DNA of 64,000 bases. It comes from Desulfovibrionaceae bacterium (lineage in GTDB: Bacteria; Desulfobacterota; Desulfovibrionia; Desulfovibrionales; Desulfovibrionaceae). Each line of letters begins with the position of its first letter. Position 1 is the first letter of the stretch. The DNA is taken from NCBI GenBank assembly GCA_963674665.2, contig CAXXPL010000011.1:80567-144566 (forward strand), in the 5' to 3' direction. Shown here piece by piece: positions 19,097-28,438 of this stretch. Below the pieces are notes generated by a model. It did no database searches and was not told the DNA's origin. It saw only the letters and a list, made by a program, of their open reading frames with translations. The translations under genes were made by a program, and so were the position numbers.

Positions 19097-20974
19097 ATGG
19101 AAACAATTTATACTGATCTGTTGTGCATTGGCGCCGGGCTGGCCGGCGAACGCTGCGCCGTGGAAGTTGCAGGCGCCGGCTTCGACGTGGTCTGCCTGAG
19201 CGTGGTACCAGCCAGACGCTCCCACTCGGTTTGCGCCCAGGGCGGATTTCAGGCGGCGCTTGGAAACTGTGCCATGGGCGAGGGTGACAACCCGGACGTC
19301 CACTTCGCCGACACGGTGAAGGGGTCGGACTGGGGCGCGGACCAGGAAGTTGTCCGCATGTTCGTTGACACCGCTCCCATCGAGATGCGGCGCCTAGCCT
19401 TTTGGGGTGTGCCCTGGAACCGCGTGGTTCCAGGTGTGCACACCTACTACAAGGGCGGCAAGCCTTTCGATAAAGAGGAAAAAGAGGAAAACCGGGGCCT
19501 GATCCATGCCCGCGCCTTTGGCGGCACCGCCAAGTGGCGCACCTGCTACGCCTCGGACGGCACCGGACACTCGGTGCTCTATACCATGGACAACCGCGCG
19601 GCCCAGCTCGGCGTGAACGTGCACGACCGTACCGAGGCCGTGGCCCTGATCCATGACGGCGCCAACTGCATGGGCGCGGTGGTTCGCTGCCTGCGCACCG
19701 GCGAACTGCGGGCCTATCTCTCCCGGGCCACCCTCATCGCCACCGGCGGTTTCGGCCGCATCTACAGAAATTCCACCAACTCGGTGATCAACGACGGCGG
19801 CGGCGCCATCGCGGCCCTGGACACCGGCGTGGTGCCCCTGGGCAACATGGAGGCCGTACAGTTTCACCCCACGGGCATCGTGCCCACGGACATCCTGGTC
19901 ACCGAAGGGTGCCGGGGTGACGGCGGAACCCTGCTCGACGTGGACGAACAGCGCTTCATGCAGGTCTATGAGCCGGACAAGGCCGAACTTGCCAGCCGCG
20001 ACGTGGTCTCACGCTGGATGACCCATCACATCCGCGAGGGCAAGGGCGTGAAGAGCCCCTATGGCGAGCACCTCTGGCTGGATATCCGCCACCTGGGCGA
20101 AAAGCACATCCGCACAAAGCTGCGTGAAGTGGACGACATCTGCCAGCATTTCCTGGGCATCGACCCCCTGCACAAGCTCATCCCGGTGCGCCCCACCCAG
20201 CATTACAGCATGGGCGGCGTGCGTACGGACAAAACCGGCGCGGCCTACGGCCTCAAGGGTCTGTTCTCGGCCGGCGAATCGGCCTGCTGGGACATGCACG
20301 GCTTCAACCGTCTTGGCGGCAACTCCCTCACCGAGACCGTGGTGGCCGGCGGCATCGTTGGCCAGCACATCGCCGAATTCCTGCAGGGCTGCGAGGTCTC
20401 CATTCCCACCTCGGCCATCCGCGAGACCAAGGCCAAGGTGCGGGATCAGATGGATCGCCTGCGCTCCGGTGCCGACGGCAACGAGAGCGTGTACCAGGTG
20501 CGCGAGGCCATGTGGAACGTCCTGGACTACGCCGCGGGCATCTACCGCAACGGCAAGGACCTGGAGCGCGGTGTCGAGGAGCTCAAGGAGGTGCACGAGC
20601 GTGCCCAGAAGCTGGCCATCAAGACCAAGGGCGTGGGCGCCAATCCCGAGATCGCCCTGGCCATGAAGCTGCCCGGCATGGTCAAGCTGGCGCTGTGCGT
20701 CACCTACGGCGCCCTGATGCGCACCGAGAGCCGTGGTTCCCACGCCCGCGAGGACTTCCCGGAGCGCAACGACCGCGACTGGCTCAAGCGCACCCTGGCC
20801 TACTGGAAGCCCGGCGCGGAGCTGCCGACCCTGGAGTACGAGACCGCATCCCCGAGCATTGAACTGCCTCCGGGAGACCGTGGCTACGGCGGCGGCAAGA
20901 TCATCAGCGCGGACACCCCGAAAGAAAAAGTTTCGGCCCCCAAGTCGAAGAAAGCCAAGAAAAAAGAGGACTAG
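19097..20974 (+). CDS. frdA: Fumarate reductase/succinate dehydrogenase flavoprotein subunit
   Basis: Start METIYTDLLCIGAGLAGERCA (FAD fold) with GGGGGAG upstream. Motifs are RSHSVCAQGG (covalent-FAD His context), HPTG, HYSMGG and RGSHAREDFPERND. The N-terminal 115 aa of the track ORF overlap frdC and were rejected. Confidence 0.92.
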   Translation: METIYTDLLCIGAGLAGERCAVEVAGAGFDVVCLSVVPARRSHSVCAQGGFQAALGNCAMGEGDNPDVHFADTVKGSDWGADQEVVRMFVDTAPIEMRRLAFWGVPWNRVVPGVHTYYKGGKPFDKEEKEENRGLIHARAFGGTAKWRTCYASDGTGHSVLYTMDNRAAQLGVNVHDRTEAVALIHDGANCMGAVVRCLRTGELRAYLSRATLIATGGFGRIYRNSTNSVINDGGGAIAALDTGVVPLGNMEAVQFHPTGIVPTDILVTEGCRGDGGTLLDVDEQRFMQVYEPDKAELASRDVVSRWMTHHIREGKGVKSPYGEHLWLDIRHLGEKHIRTKLREVDDICQHFLGIDPLHKLIPVRPTQHYSMGGVRTDKTGAAYGLKGLFSAGESACWDMHGFNRLGGNSLTETVVAGGIVGQHIAEFLQGCEVSIPTSAIRETKAKVRDQMDRLRSGADGNESVYQVREAMWNVLDYAAGIYRNGKDLERGVEELKEVHERAQKLAIKTKGVGANPEIALAMKLPGMVKLALCVTYGALMRTESRGSHAREDFPERNDRDWLKRTLAYWKPGAELPTLEYETASPSIELPPGDRGYGGGKIISADTPKEKVSAPKSKKAKKKED

Positions 20975-20976
20975 CC

Positions 20977-21714
20977 ATGGGCAGGCAGCTTACCTTTGAG
21001 ATATTCCGCCACAATCCCCAGGACCCGGCCTCCATGCCGCACATGGACACCTTCCGGATGGAGGAGACCGAGAGCATGACCCTGTTCATCGCCTTGAACA
21101 GGATCAGGGAGGAGCAGGACCCCTCCCTGATGTTCGACTTCTGCTGCCGCGCCGGTGTGTGCGGCTCCTGCGGCATGGTCGTCAACGGCCGCCCCGGCCT
21201 GGCGTGCCACACCAAGACCAAGGACCTGCCCGAGAAGATCACCTTGTTGCCCCTGCCGTTCTTCAAGCTGGTGGGCGACCTCTCCGTGGACACCGGCACC
21301 TGGTTCCGCGAGATGTATCAGCGGGTGGAATCCTGGATTCACACCACCAGGGAGTTCGACCCCTCTGCGCAGGAAGAGCGCATGGAGAACGATGTGGCGG
21401 AGCAGATCTACGAGCTGGACCGCTGCATCGAGTGCGGCTGCTGCGTGGCGGCCTGCGGCACGGCGCGCATGCGCGAGGACTTCCTGGGCGCCGCGGGCCT
21501 GAACCGAGTGGCCCGTTTCGTGGTGGACCCCCGTGACCAGCGCACGGACAAGGACTACTTCGACGTCATCGGCACGGACGAGGGCATCTTCGGCTGCATG
21601 GGCCTGCTGGCCTGTGAGGACGTCTGCCCCAAGAGCCTGCCTTTGCAGGACCAGTTGGGCTACCTGCGTCGCAAGATGGCCATGAGCGTACTGCCCTGGA
21701 AAAAGAAGAAATAG
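20977..21714 (+). CDS. frdB: Fumarate reductase/succinate dehydrogenase iron-sulfur subunit
   Basis: 245 aa. Cluster motifs are CRAGVCGSCGMVVNG (2Fe-2S), CIECGCCVAAC (4Fe-4S) and CMGLLACEDVCPK (3Fe-4S). Confidence 0.92.
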   Translation: MGRQLTFEIFRHNPQDPASMPHMDTFRMEETESMTLFIALNRIREEQDPSLMFDFCCRAGVCGSCGMVVNGRPGLACHTKTKDLPEKITLLPLPFFKLVGDLSVDTGTWFREMYQRVESWIHTTREFDPSAQEERMENDVAEQIYELDRCIECGCCVAACGTARMREDFLGAAGLNRVARFVVDPRDQRTDKDYFDVIGTDEGIFGCMGLLACEDVCPKSLPLQDQLGYLRRKMAMSVLPWKKKK

Positions 21715-21741
21715 GGAAGGGGGGATGTCCCCCCTTTTTTA
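21715..21741 (+). terminator. Rho-independent terminator after frdB
   Basis: GGGGGGA-TGTC-CCCCCC hairpin followed by TTTTTTATT, immediately after the frdB stop. Confidence 0.75.
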
Positions 21742-22085
21742 TTACTCCCCGGGGAGCGTTTCAATTATCCGGGAATGGAGCGGATGCGGCACGAGTATTT
21801 TTCCCGCGGGATTCAGGACCTTGATCCTCGCGGAAAACAAGACGGATGGGCCTCCGGCCTGTCTTTCCACGCTGCGATGACAGCGGGCGGCCGATAAGGC
21901 CGTTTCTCCGGCCGTGTTACGACGACTGAGCCCATGTCAATAAATCGTAATTCGGATACGAGAGAGATGTGAAATGATAAGGAGTGGCTTTCCGGGCCTG
22001 CCCGGCGGCCACTCGATTCCGTAACCAGGCGTATTCCCCGGCAGGAGCCCGGGAAGACGCCGTTCACCGTTTGCAAGGAGAGGGC

Positions 22086-22925
22086 ATGAAAACCATTCCC
22101 GCGCAAGAAATCGTGGACGCGGTGGCCAAGCTCTGTATCGACGGCAATCGTTATCTTCCCGATGACGTTTGCCGCAGCTTCGATGCCGCTGCAGAGCGCG
22201 AAAGCTCGCCCGTGGCCAAGGAGATCTTCAGACAGCTGAAGGAGAACGAGCAGTTGGCCAGGAACACCGGCCTGCCTCTGTGTCAGGACACCGGTCTGGC
22301 CGTGCTGTTCGTGCAGCTGGGCAGCGAGGTGCTGATCGGAGACATGACCTTGAACGAGGCCATCAACGAGGGCGTGCGCAAGGGCTATGCCGAGGGGTAC
22401 CTCCGCAAGTCCGCCTGCGACCCCATGACCCGCAAGAACACGGGCGACAACACGCCCGCCGTCATTCACATCGAGACCGTTCCAGGCGATACCCTGCACA
22501 TCGCCTACATGGCCAAGGGCGGCGGTAGCGAGAACATGTCCCGCGTGACCATGCTGGCCCCGGCCCAGGGATGGGAAGGCATCAAGAAGTTCGTGCTGCA
22601 GCGCGTGGCCGAGGCCGGTCCCAACCCCTGCCCCCCCATCATCCTGGGCATCGGCGTGGGCGGCACCTTTGACTACGCCCCCATCCTGGCCAAGAAGGCG
22701 CTCATGCGCAAGCTGGACGACACCCACCCCGATCCGGACGTGGCGGCCAAAGAGGCCGAACTGCTGGAGCTTGTGAACAAGCTCGGGATCGGGCCCATGG
22801 GCCTTGGCGGCGAGACCACCTGCCTGGCCGTGAAGATCTCCATGGAACCCTGCCACATCGCCAGCCTGCCGCTGGCCGTGAATGTGCAGTGCCACTCCGC
22901 GCGGCACAAGGAGGTCACGCTCTGA
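22086..22925 (+). CDS. Class I (Fe-S) fumarate hydratase, alpha (N-terminal domain) subunit
   Basis: A GGAGAG RBS precedes the ATG at 22086 (MKTIPAQEIVDAV). Motifs are LCQDTGLAVLFV, GDNTPAVIHIE and KGGGSENMS. The stop overlaps the next start (TGATG). Confidence 0.88.
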   Translation: MKTIPAQEIVDAVAKLCIDGNRYLPDDVCRSFDAAAERESSPVAKEIFRQLKENEQLARNTGLPLCQDTGLAVLFVQLGSEVLIGDMTLNEAINEGVRKGYAEGYLRKSACDPMTRKNTGDNTPAVIHIETVPGDTLHIAYMAKGGGSENMSRVTMLAPAQGWEGIKKFVLQRVAEAGPNPCPPIILGIGVGGTFDYAPILAKKALMRKLDDTHPDPDVAAKEAELLELVNKLGIGPMGLGGETTCLAVKISMEPCHIASLPLAVNVQCHSARHKEVTL

Positions 22926-23470
22926 TGGCTGAATACAGATTGCATACACCGCTTTTCGACGAGGACATCATGAAGCTGCGCAGCGGCGACGTGGTCTTTC
23001 TCTCCGGCATAATCTACACCGCCCGCGACGCGGCCCACAAGCGCCTCGTGGACACCCTGGACCGCGGCGAGGAGCTGCCCTTTGATCTCAAGGGCGCGGC
23101 CATCTACTACGTGGGCCCCTCTCCGGCCCCTCCGGGGCGCCCCATCGGCTCCGCCGGCCCCACCACCAGCTACCGCATGGACACCTATGCCCCCAGGCTG
23201 CACAGCCTCGGCCTCAAGGCGTCCATAGGCAAGGGTAAGCGCAGCGAAGAGGTCCGGCAGGCCATGCAGGATCACAAGGCCGTGTACTTCGGCGCCACCG
23301 GCGGCGCCGGCGCGCTGCTCTCCCAGTGCATCAAGGAAGCCCGGGTCATCGCCTACGAGGAACTGGGCCCCGAGGCCATTCGCGAACTCTCGGTGGAGGA
23401 CCTCCCCCTGCTGGTGATCAACGACGCCTACGGCAACGAGTTGTACGCCAAGCCCAAGCTGGACATCTGA
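22925..23470 (+). CDS. Class I fumarate hydratase, beta (C-terminal domain) subunit
   Basis: MAEYRLHTPL...; GIIYTARDAAHKRL; GPTTSYRMD; KGKRS. The track start at 22889 lies inside the alpha subunit. Confidence 0.88.
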   Translation: MAEYRLHTPLFDEDIMKLRSGDVVFLSGIIYTARDAAHKRLVDTLDRGEELPFDLKGAAIYYVGPSPAPPGRPIGSAGPTTSYRMDTYAPRLHSLGLKASIGKGKRSEEVRQAMQDHKAVYFGATGGAGALLSQCIKEARVIAYEELGPEAIRELSVEDLPLLVINDAYGNELYAKPKLDI

Positions 23471-23494
23471 TCCTTCCAGGCGCAAGAAACCTTG

Positions 23495-23531
23495 AACCGC
23501 GCATCGGCATCGGGTCGGTGCGCGGTTTTTT
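23495..23531 (+). terminator. Rho-independent terminator after the fumarate hydratase genes
   Basis: AACCGCGCA ... TGCGCGGTT stem followed by TTTTTT. Confidence 0.7.
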
Positions 23532-23659
23532 GTGCGTTCATGCCCAACCTGAAATTCGGATTGACAAAACATCCCTCACAAAGGGTATGCTGAGGCAATA
23601 TCTGCCTGTTTCGTTCGTTACCAATCCTGGGACGGCCCGAGTGAGAGCGAGGACAACTA

Positions 23660-25738
23660 TTGGCGGCTGAATTGACAATCCACGAGAAATTCCACTCGTT
23701 CGCTGCGCTGGGGCTGGGGGGACTCCTGCTGCTGGCCTCGCTGTTTCTTATCGAGGCGCGGGTTCTTGCTGAGCAGCCGACCCATGGCTCGGTGACCCTG
23801 CAGCTCAAATGGTTCAACCAGTTCCAGTTCGCGGGATTCTACGCGGCAAAGGAGAAGGGCTTCTACAGGGACGCGGGGCTGGATGTCGAAATCGTGTCCC
23901 ACAGGCCGGGCATGGACAACCTTCAGGCCGTGGCCTCGGGCCAGGCCGACTTCGGCGTGTCCGGCCCGGAGCTTCTGCTCGAGCGCATGAACGGAGCGCC
24001 CCTTGTGGCCCTGGCCGTCGTCATGCAGCACTCCGCCTATGCCATCATGGCCAAGGCGGACAGCGGTATCGCCACTCCCCACGACCTCTTAGGCAAGCGG
24101 ATTATGCTCACGAAAAAAGGTGGCGCGGACATCTGGGCCATGCTGCGCAACGAGGGGGTCCGGGAAGAGCAACTGATCTTTCCCAATATCTCCTGGGACC
24201 TGGCCAATCTCGTCAACGGCGATGTGGACGCCATTGTCACCTATGTCACGGACATGCCCCCTCAAATGCGGCACCTGGGCGTTCCCTTCACCCTGATCCT
24301 GCCCCGCACCTATGGCGTGGACTTCTACGGCGACACCATCTTCACCAGCAAATCCTTTCTCCGGAAAAGGCCGGGCGCGGTGGCCGCCTTTCGCGCGGCC
24401 AGCCTGCGCGGATGGGAGTACGCCATGGCCCATCCCGGGGAGATGGTTCAGCTCATCATGGACAAGTACCCCACGAACAGGACAAGGGCTCAGCTCGAGT
24501 ACGAGTCGGCCACGCTACGGCATTTGATCATGCCGGACATAGTGCCTGTGGGGCACATGAACTCCGGGCGCTGGGAATACATGGCCGAGACCTTCGCGGC
24601 CCTGGCCATGGCCCCGCCGATCAGAAACCTGGACGACTTCATCTATAATCCCGGGGAAGCCAGCTCCGGCGGGGGGTGGCTGTTGGGGACCCTGGGCATT
24701 GCCGTGGCGGCCCTTGCCCTTGCCGGGTGGCTCCTGTTCTTCAACGCCAGACTAAAGAGCGCGGTTCGCAAGCGTACCCTGGAGCTGTCCACCCTGAACC
24801 TCGAGCTCACCCGTGAGATCGGGGTGCGCGAGGAAGTGGAGTTCGCACTGCGCGACAGCGAGGAGACAATCCGGGCCATGAGCAACGCCTCCCTCGATCC
24901 CATGGTGATGATCGAGGACGACGGCACGGTATCTTTCTGGAACAGCGCGGCGGAGCGCGTGTTCGGGTATACCGAGGACGAGGCCATGGGGCGGGACGTG
25001 CATGCTCTCATAGCCCCTGACGAGTTCCGGGAGCGGATATCCATCGGTATGCAGAGTTTTTCCGTGACCGGCCAGGGCAGGGTGGTGGGCAAGACCCTGG
25101 AGTTGATCGGCAGACGCAAGGATGGCGGCGCCATCCCCGTGGAGATCGCGGTGGCGGCCTTCCGTCACGGCGGCAGTTGGCGCGCGGTGGGCGTGATCCG
25201 GGACATCACGGCCCGCAAGCGTACCGAGGAAAAGCTGCGGGAGATGGCCATTACGGACAGCCTCACAGGAGTCTCCAACCGCAGGCACTTCATGTACCAG
25301 GCAACCCAGGAAGTGGAGCGCTCCCGCCGCTATGACAGGATGTTCTCCCTGATCATGCTGGACATCGACCATTTCAAGTCCATCAACGACACCCACGGAC
25401 ACGACACCGGGGACAAGGTCCTGGTCACCTTTGTGGAGCTCGTGCGCATGGAACTGCGGCAGAACGACCTGCTGGCGCGTTTTGGCGGCGAGGAGTTCGT
25501 GGCCCTGCTCCCGGAGACCGATCTCGAAGGAGGGGTGCACGTGGCGGAGCGCATCCGCAAGCGCGTGGAAGGGGTACGCCTCGGGGATGGGGAAAAGTCA
25601 CTGAGCATGACGGTGAGCGCCGGGGTGGCGGTATATTCAGAGGAGTACGCGGAACTGGAGCCGCTGATCAAGAAGGCGGACCAGGCCCTGTACAGGGCAA
25701 AGGAAGGCGGCAGGAACCGCGTGGAGGCGGCGGAGTAG
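23660..25738 (+). CDS. Diguanylate cyclase with periplasmic NMT1/SsuA-like solute-binding domain, TM, PAS and GGDEF
   Basis: 692 aa with a TTG start as given by the track. The periplasmic part is LQLKWFNQFQFAGFYAAKEKGFY. TM is WLLGTLGIAVAALALAGWLLFF. PAS is FWNSAAERVFGY. GGDEF is active (RFGGEEFVALLP), with DIDHFKSINDTHGH. Confidence 0.85.
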   Translation: MAAELTIHEKFHSFAALGLGGLLLLASLFLIEARVLAEQPTHGSVTLQLKWFNQFQFAGFYAAKEKGFYRDAGLDVEIVSHRPGMDNLQAVASGQADFGVSGPELLLERMNGAPLVALAVVMQHSAYAIMAKADSGIATPHDLLGKRIMLTKKGGADIWAMLRNEGVREEQLIFPNISWDLANLVNGDVDAIVTYVTDMPPQMRHLGVPFTLILPRTYGVDFYGDTIFTSKSFLRKRPGAVAAFRAASLRGWEYAMAHPGEMVQLIMDKYPTNRTRAQLEYESATLRHLIMPDIVPVGHMNSGRWEYMAETFAALAMAPPIRNLDDFIYNPGEASSGGGWLLGTLGIAVAALALAGWLLFFNARLKSAVRKRTLELSTLNLELTREIGVREEVEFALRDSEETIRAMSNASLDPMVMIEDDGTVSFWNSAAERVFGYTEDEAMGRDVHALIAPDEFRERISIGMQSFSVTGQGRVVGKTLELIGRRKDGGAIPVEIAVAAFRHGGSWRAVGVIRDITARKRTEEKLREMAITDSLTGVSNRRHFMYQATQEVERSRRYDRMFSLIMLDIDHFKSINDTHGHDTGDKVLVTFVELVRMELRQNDLLARFGGEEFVALLPETDLEGGVHVAERIRKRVEGVRLGDGEKSLSMTVSAGVAVYSEEYAELEPLIKKADQALYRAKEGGRNRVEAAE

Positions 25739-25767
25739 TGTCCCGTCCGTTTGGTTCGAATTAGGGC

Positions 25768-26463
25768 CTACAAGGACGTGGGGCAGGCGTCCCCCAGATA
25801 GGTGTTCACTTCCACTACATACTCCCGGATCTGCTCCTGCAGACTGTCCGGTACGTCCTGAAACTGCATCCCCAGAAATGCCTTGCCCTTGTCCACGGTC
25901 ACCGTGCGTATGGCGCCCTTAAGCTTTTCCGGTCCATTGTGCCGCCCCAGAATCTGAAACTCGCATTCCATCTCCGTGTCCGGTACAATGCCCAGTTGCT
26001 CAACCGCCTCATGGGGCAGGCCGATGCGGCACCCCCCGTTGGAGAGATTCAGGATGTGCCCGCCCAGGCGCTCCTCGCCGATCACCAGGGACGCGGGGAG
26101 AAAGCAGTCCACCCGGTTCTCCTTGCGCAGGCTGAAGACCTCCACGAAATCCGGATAGTCAAGGAACAGCAACGGCTGCGGCTTGTAGCTCAGTCCCTGG
26201 ATGGCGCACTCGAAGCCGCAGACCTCGCCGGTGCAGCTGAGGTACCGGACAATGACGAGCTTGCCGCTGTAGAGGTGGTCGCGGAGCTCCAGCTTGGAGG
26301 GCAGGCGCAGAATGACGCAACGCCCCGCTTCCCAGCCCACGAAGCCGGTCTTGAAGCGCTCCCCCACGCCCTGGGGCTCCACCAGCGCGATGTCGCCCAC
26401 GTTTACGGACATGCTGGTCTGCGCCCTGCGCTCGATTTTTCGCGCATCAACCCTGGTGGCCAC
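25768..26463 (-). CDS. YcgR-like PilZ protein (PilZN + PilZ)
   Basis: 231 aa. LRKENRVD (RxxxR) and NLSNGGCRI (D/NxSxxG) lie in the C-terminal half. The N-terminal beta-rich domain resembles YcgR. Confidence 0.7.
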   Translation of the reverse strand: MATRVDARKIERRAQTSMSVNVGDIALVEPQGVGERFKTGFVGWEAGRCVILRLPSKLELRDHLYSGKLVIVRYLSCTGEVCGFECAIQGLSYKPQPLLFLDYPDFVEVFSLRKENRVDCFLPASLVIGEERLGGHILNLSNGGCRIGLPHEAVEQLGIVPDTEMECEFQILGRHNGPEKLKGAIRTVTVDKGKAFLGMQFQDVPDSLQEQIREYVVEVNTYLGDACPTSL

Positions 26464-26599
26464 GCCACACCTCCCGGAAATCGCCCTCAGGACAGCATAA
26501 TGTACACAATACTCGTAGTTTTAACGGTGATAGCGGTAATTATGGCCCGTGAAAACGGTTCTGTCAATCATGCCGGGGAGTTTTACACGCAAGAACGTA

Positions 26600-26899
26600 T
26601 CACTCGGCCCCTGTGTGCAGGATGGTTCCGAGGATACCGGTGGGCACCGTACCGGTGTTATGGCAGTACAGGGCATAGAGCCCCAGGGCCAGCATGGTCG
26701 CCCCTGCCAGCAGGTAGAGGCTGATCATCACGTTGAAGCGTTTGGGAGCGTTCTCCCTCGTGACCATGGCGCGGGGGCGGAAGCTGAAGAGCCGGTTGCC
26801 AAAGCCGATGCTCCCCCTGAGTTTGGAAAAGATCCCGTGGATGAGCAGCAGGCCGCCGCATCCGGCGTAGACCACGACGTTTTGAAGCATGGGTTCCAT
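26600..26899 (-). CDS. Small hypothetical membrane protein
   Basis: Start taken at the internal ATG (MEPMLQNVVVYAGCGGLLLIHGIF). Two hydrophobic helices and no known motif. Confidence 0.3.
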   Translation of the reverse strand: MEPMLQNVVVYAGCGGLLLIHGIFSKLRGSIGFGNRLFSFRPRAMVTRENAPKRFNVMISLYLLAGATMLALGLYALYCHNTGTVPTGILGTILHTGAE

Positions 26900-27302
26900 G
26901 ACAAACCTCTGGTTTCGCTGTGCTGAATTCGCCTCGGCCAGGCCAGGGAAGGCGGTCGGGGCGGGGGCAGTATGCGCAAACCAGGGGCCGAACACAAGTG
27001 GCGGATCGGGGCGTACAGGGAGGAAGTGGCCGATGAGCCGGGCCTGGGCAGGATCAGTGAGGAATTCCGGGAATGGTTACTGTGGGGTGATGCGGCGGAC
27101 AAGAATTGGTTTCCCGCGTCATGGGGTTGGGTACGCTTGAAAATTCGTGAGGAAATTAAAGGAGATTGGCGATCATTGTGCAAGGTTGAAAAAAACTGTT
27201 GCAAGGGGCCTGCAAGTGGGATAGACACGCCGAACGCCACACGGATGCGGCAACGGATTCCAAAGGGCGTAGAGGTGAAAATGGAATAGGGTAAAAAAAC
27301 AG

Positions 27303-27337
27303 TTGACATGCTCCCGGTGTTTTTAGTAAACACTCTT
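27303..27337 (+). promoter_or_regulatory. Possible sigma70-type promoter for the tRNA-Val/tRNA-Asp pair
   Basis: A perfect TTGACA lies at 27303-27308, about 40 nt upstream of tRNA-Val. Only a weak -10 candidate (TAGTAA) is present. Confidence 0.35.
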
Positions 27338-27344
27338 CTTCCGG

Positions 27345-27420
27345 GGGCGGGTAGCTCAGCTGGGAGAGCATCGGCCTTACAAGCCGAGGGTCACAGGTTC
27401 GAGCCCTGTTCCGCCCACCA
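27345..27420 (+). tRNA. tRNA-Val (anticodon TAC)
   Basis: Hand-folded cloverleaf. Acceptor is GGGCGGG/TCCGCCC, D arm GCTC-AGCTGGGA-GAGC, anticodon arm TCGGC-CTTACAA-GCCGA and T arm ACAGG-TTCGAGC-CCTGT. CCA is encoded. Confidence 0.9.
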
Positions 27421-27481
27421 CCTTCAGGCAAATGCCTGTAAATTTGATTCAGGCCAGGATTCATGCCTGGATACCATATGC

Positions 27482-27558
<77 letters not shown>

Positions 27559-27567
27559 CAAAAGAAA

Positions 27568-27600
27568 GGGGTCGCATCGCAAGATGTGACCCCAATTTCT
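27568..27600 (+). terminator. Hairpin after tRNA-Asp (weak terminator)
   Basis: GGGGTCGCAT-cgcaag-ATGTGACCCC (one mismatch) followed by AATTTCTT. Confidence 0.45.
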
Positions 27601-27648
27601 TAATTACATCACGCTAGTAAGCCACGCACAGGGCTTTACTATACCTAA

Positions 27649-27678
27649 GGGCTGGGAGAGTACTCCTGGCCCTTTTTT
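27649..27678 (+). terminator. Rho-independent terminator
   Basis: 10-bp stem GGGCTGGGAG / CTCCTGGCCC (two G-U pairs), 4-nt loop, then TTTTTT. Confidence 0.65.
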
Positions 27679-28438
27679 CGTTGGGCACAAAACGCGGACA
27701 CAAAGAACATATGGAGTTGGTACTTCAGGTAGTTATGACCGGAAATTTGGTGTTGCAGTATGAAATCATTGAAGCTATTGTTTAAAAAATACTATTGGAG
27801 ACTACTGAATGCATTTCTTGTTAGGTATAATTCCTGGAGTTGTAGCTTGCTAGCTTTTATACAGCGAAAGTACATATGTATTCTACTTTGCTGTTCTCGC
27901 ATCCATTTTGTACATCATATCTTCAATGACTGTCATTATAGACGCTATTCGTATTGTTAGCGAAAGAACAAATATGGAAAAATTACTCAAGAGCTTCAAC
28001 GGTGTTGATCTAGCATCATCAGTCAGTATAAGTGCACTGATTGCCAATTGTACAATGCCGACGTAGACAACGAACAACGGGTCAGATCGACATCTGAAAA
28101 ACTTGTTTCGCCCCCTAGCTTGCCAAAGGCCGACGAAATAATGAGGAGCAGAAGCACGGATTCCCATCTGTGCCAGGCACCATGAGCAAGAGGCTAGATA
28201 AATAGTAGCATCTGACTTCTCGCATAACAAAGTCGTTGACCCCAGAGCAGGCCATATCTGGGGACTACTTGTATGGGCCTGTACAAATTTAGTATAATTG
28301 GTTAATTAGTATGACCATTCAGGTTAAAATAGACCGAAGGAATTGTGACGTAATGCACCCTAACGACACATGAAAATAAATTTACTATGACTGCCTTGCT
28401 AATTTCTCCTATTGCTCTCTCATGAGAATATCTTCCCT

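Noticed and set aside
21813-22949. 378-aa minus-strand ORF
   Set aside because: It is antisense to the fumarate hydratase alpha subunit and is low-complexity and Gly/His/Ala-rich.
27700-28400. ORFs 27760-27960 (+) and 27883-28230 (-) at the left end of the island
   Set aside because: They are mutually overlapping with no RBS, motif or clear coding bias. The region is left unannotated, possibly a decayed gene.
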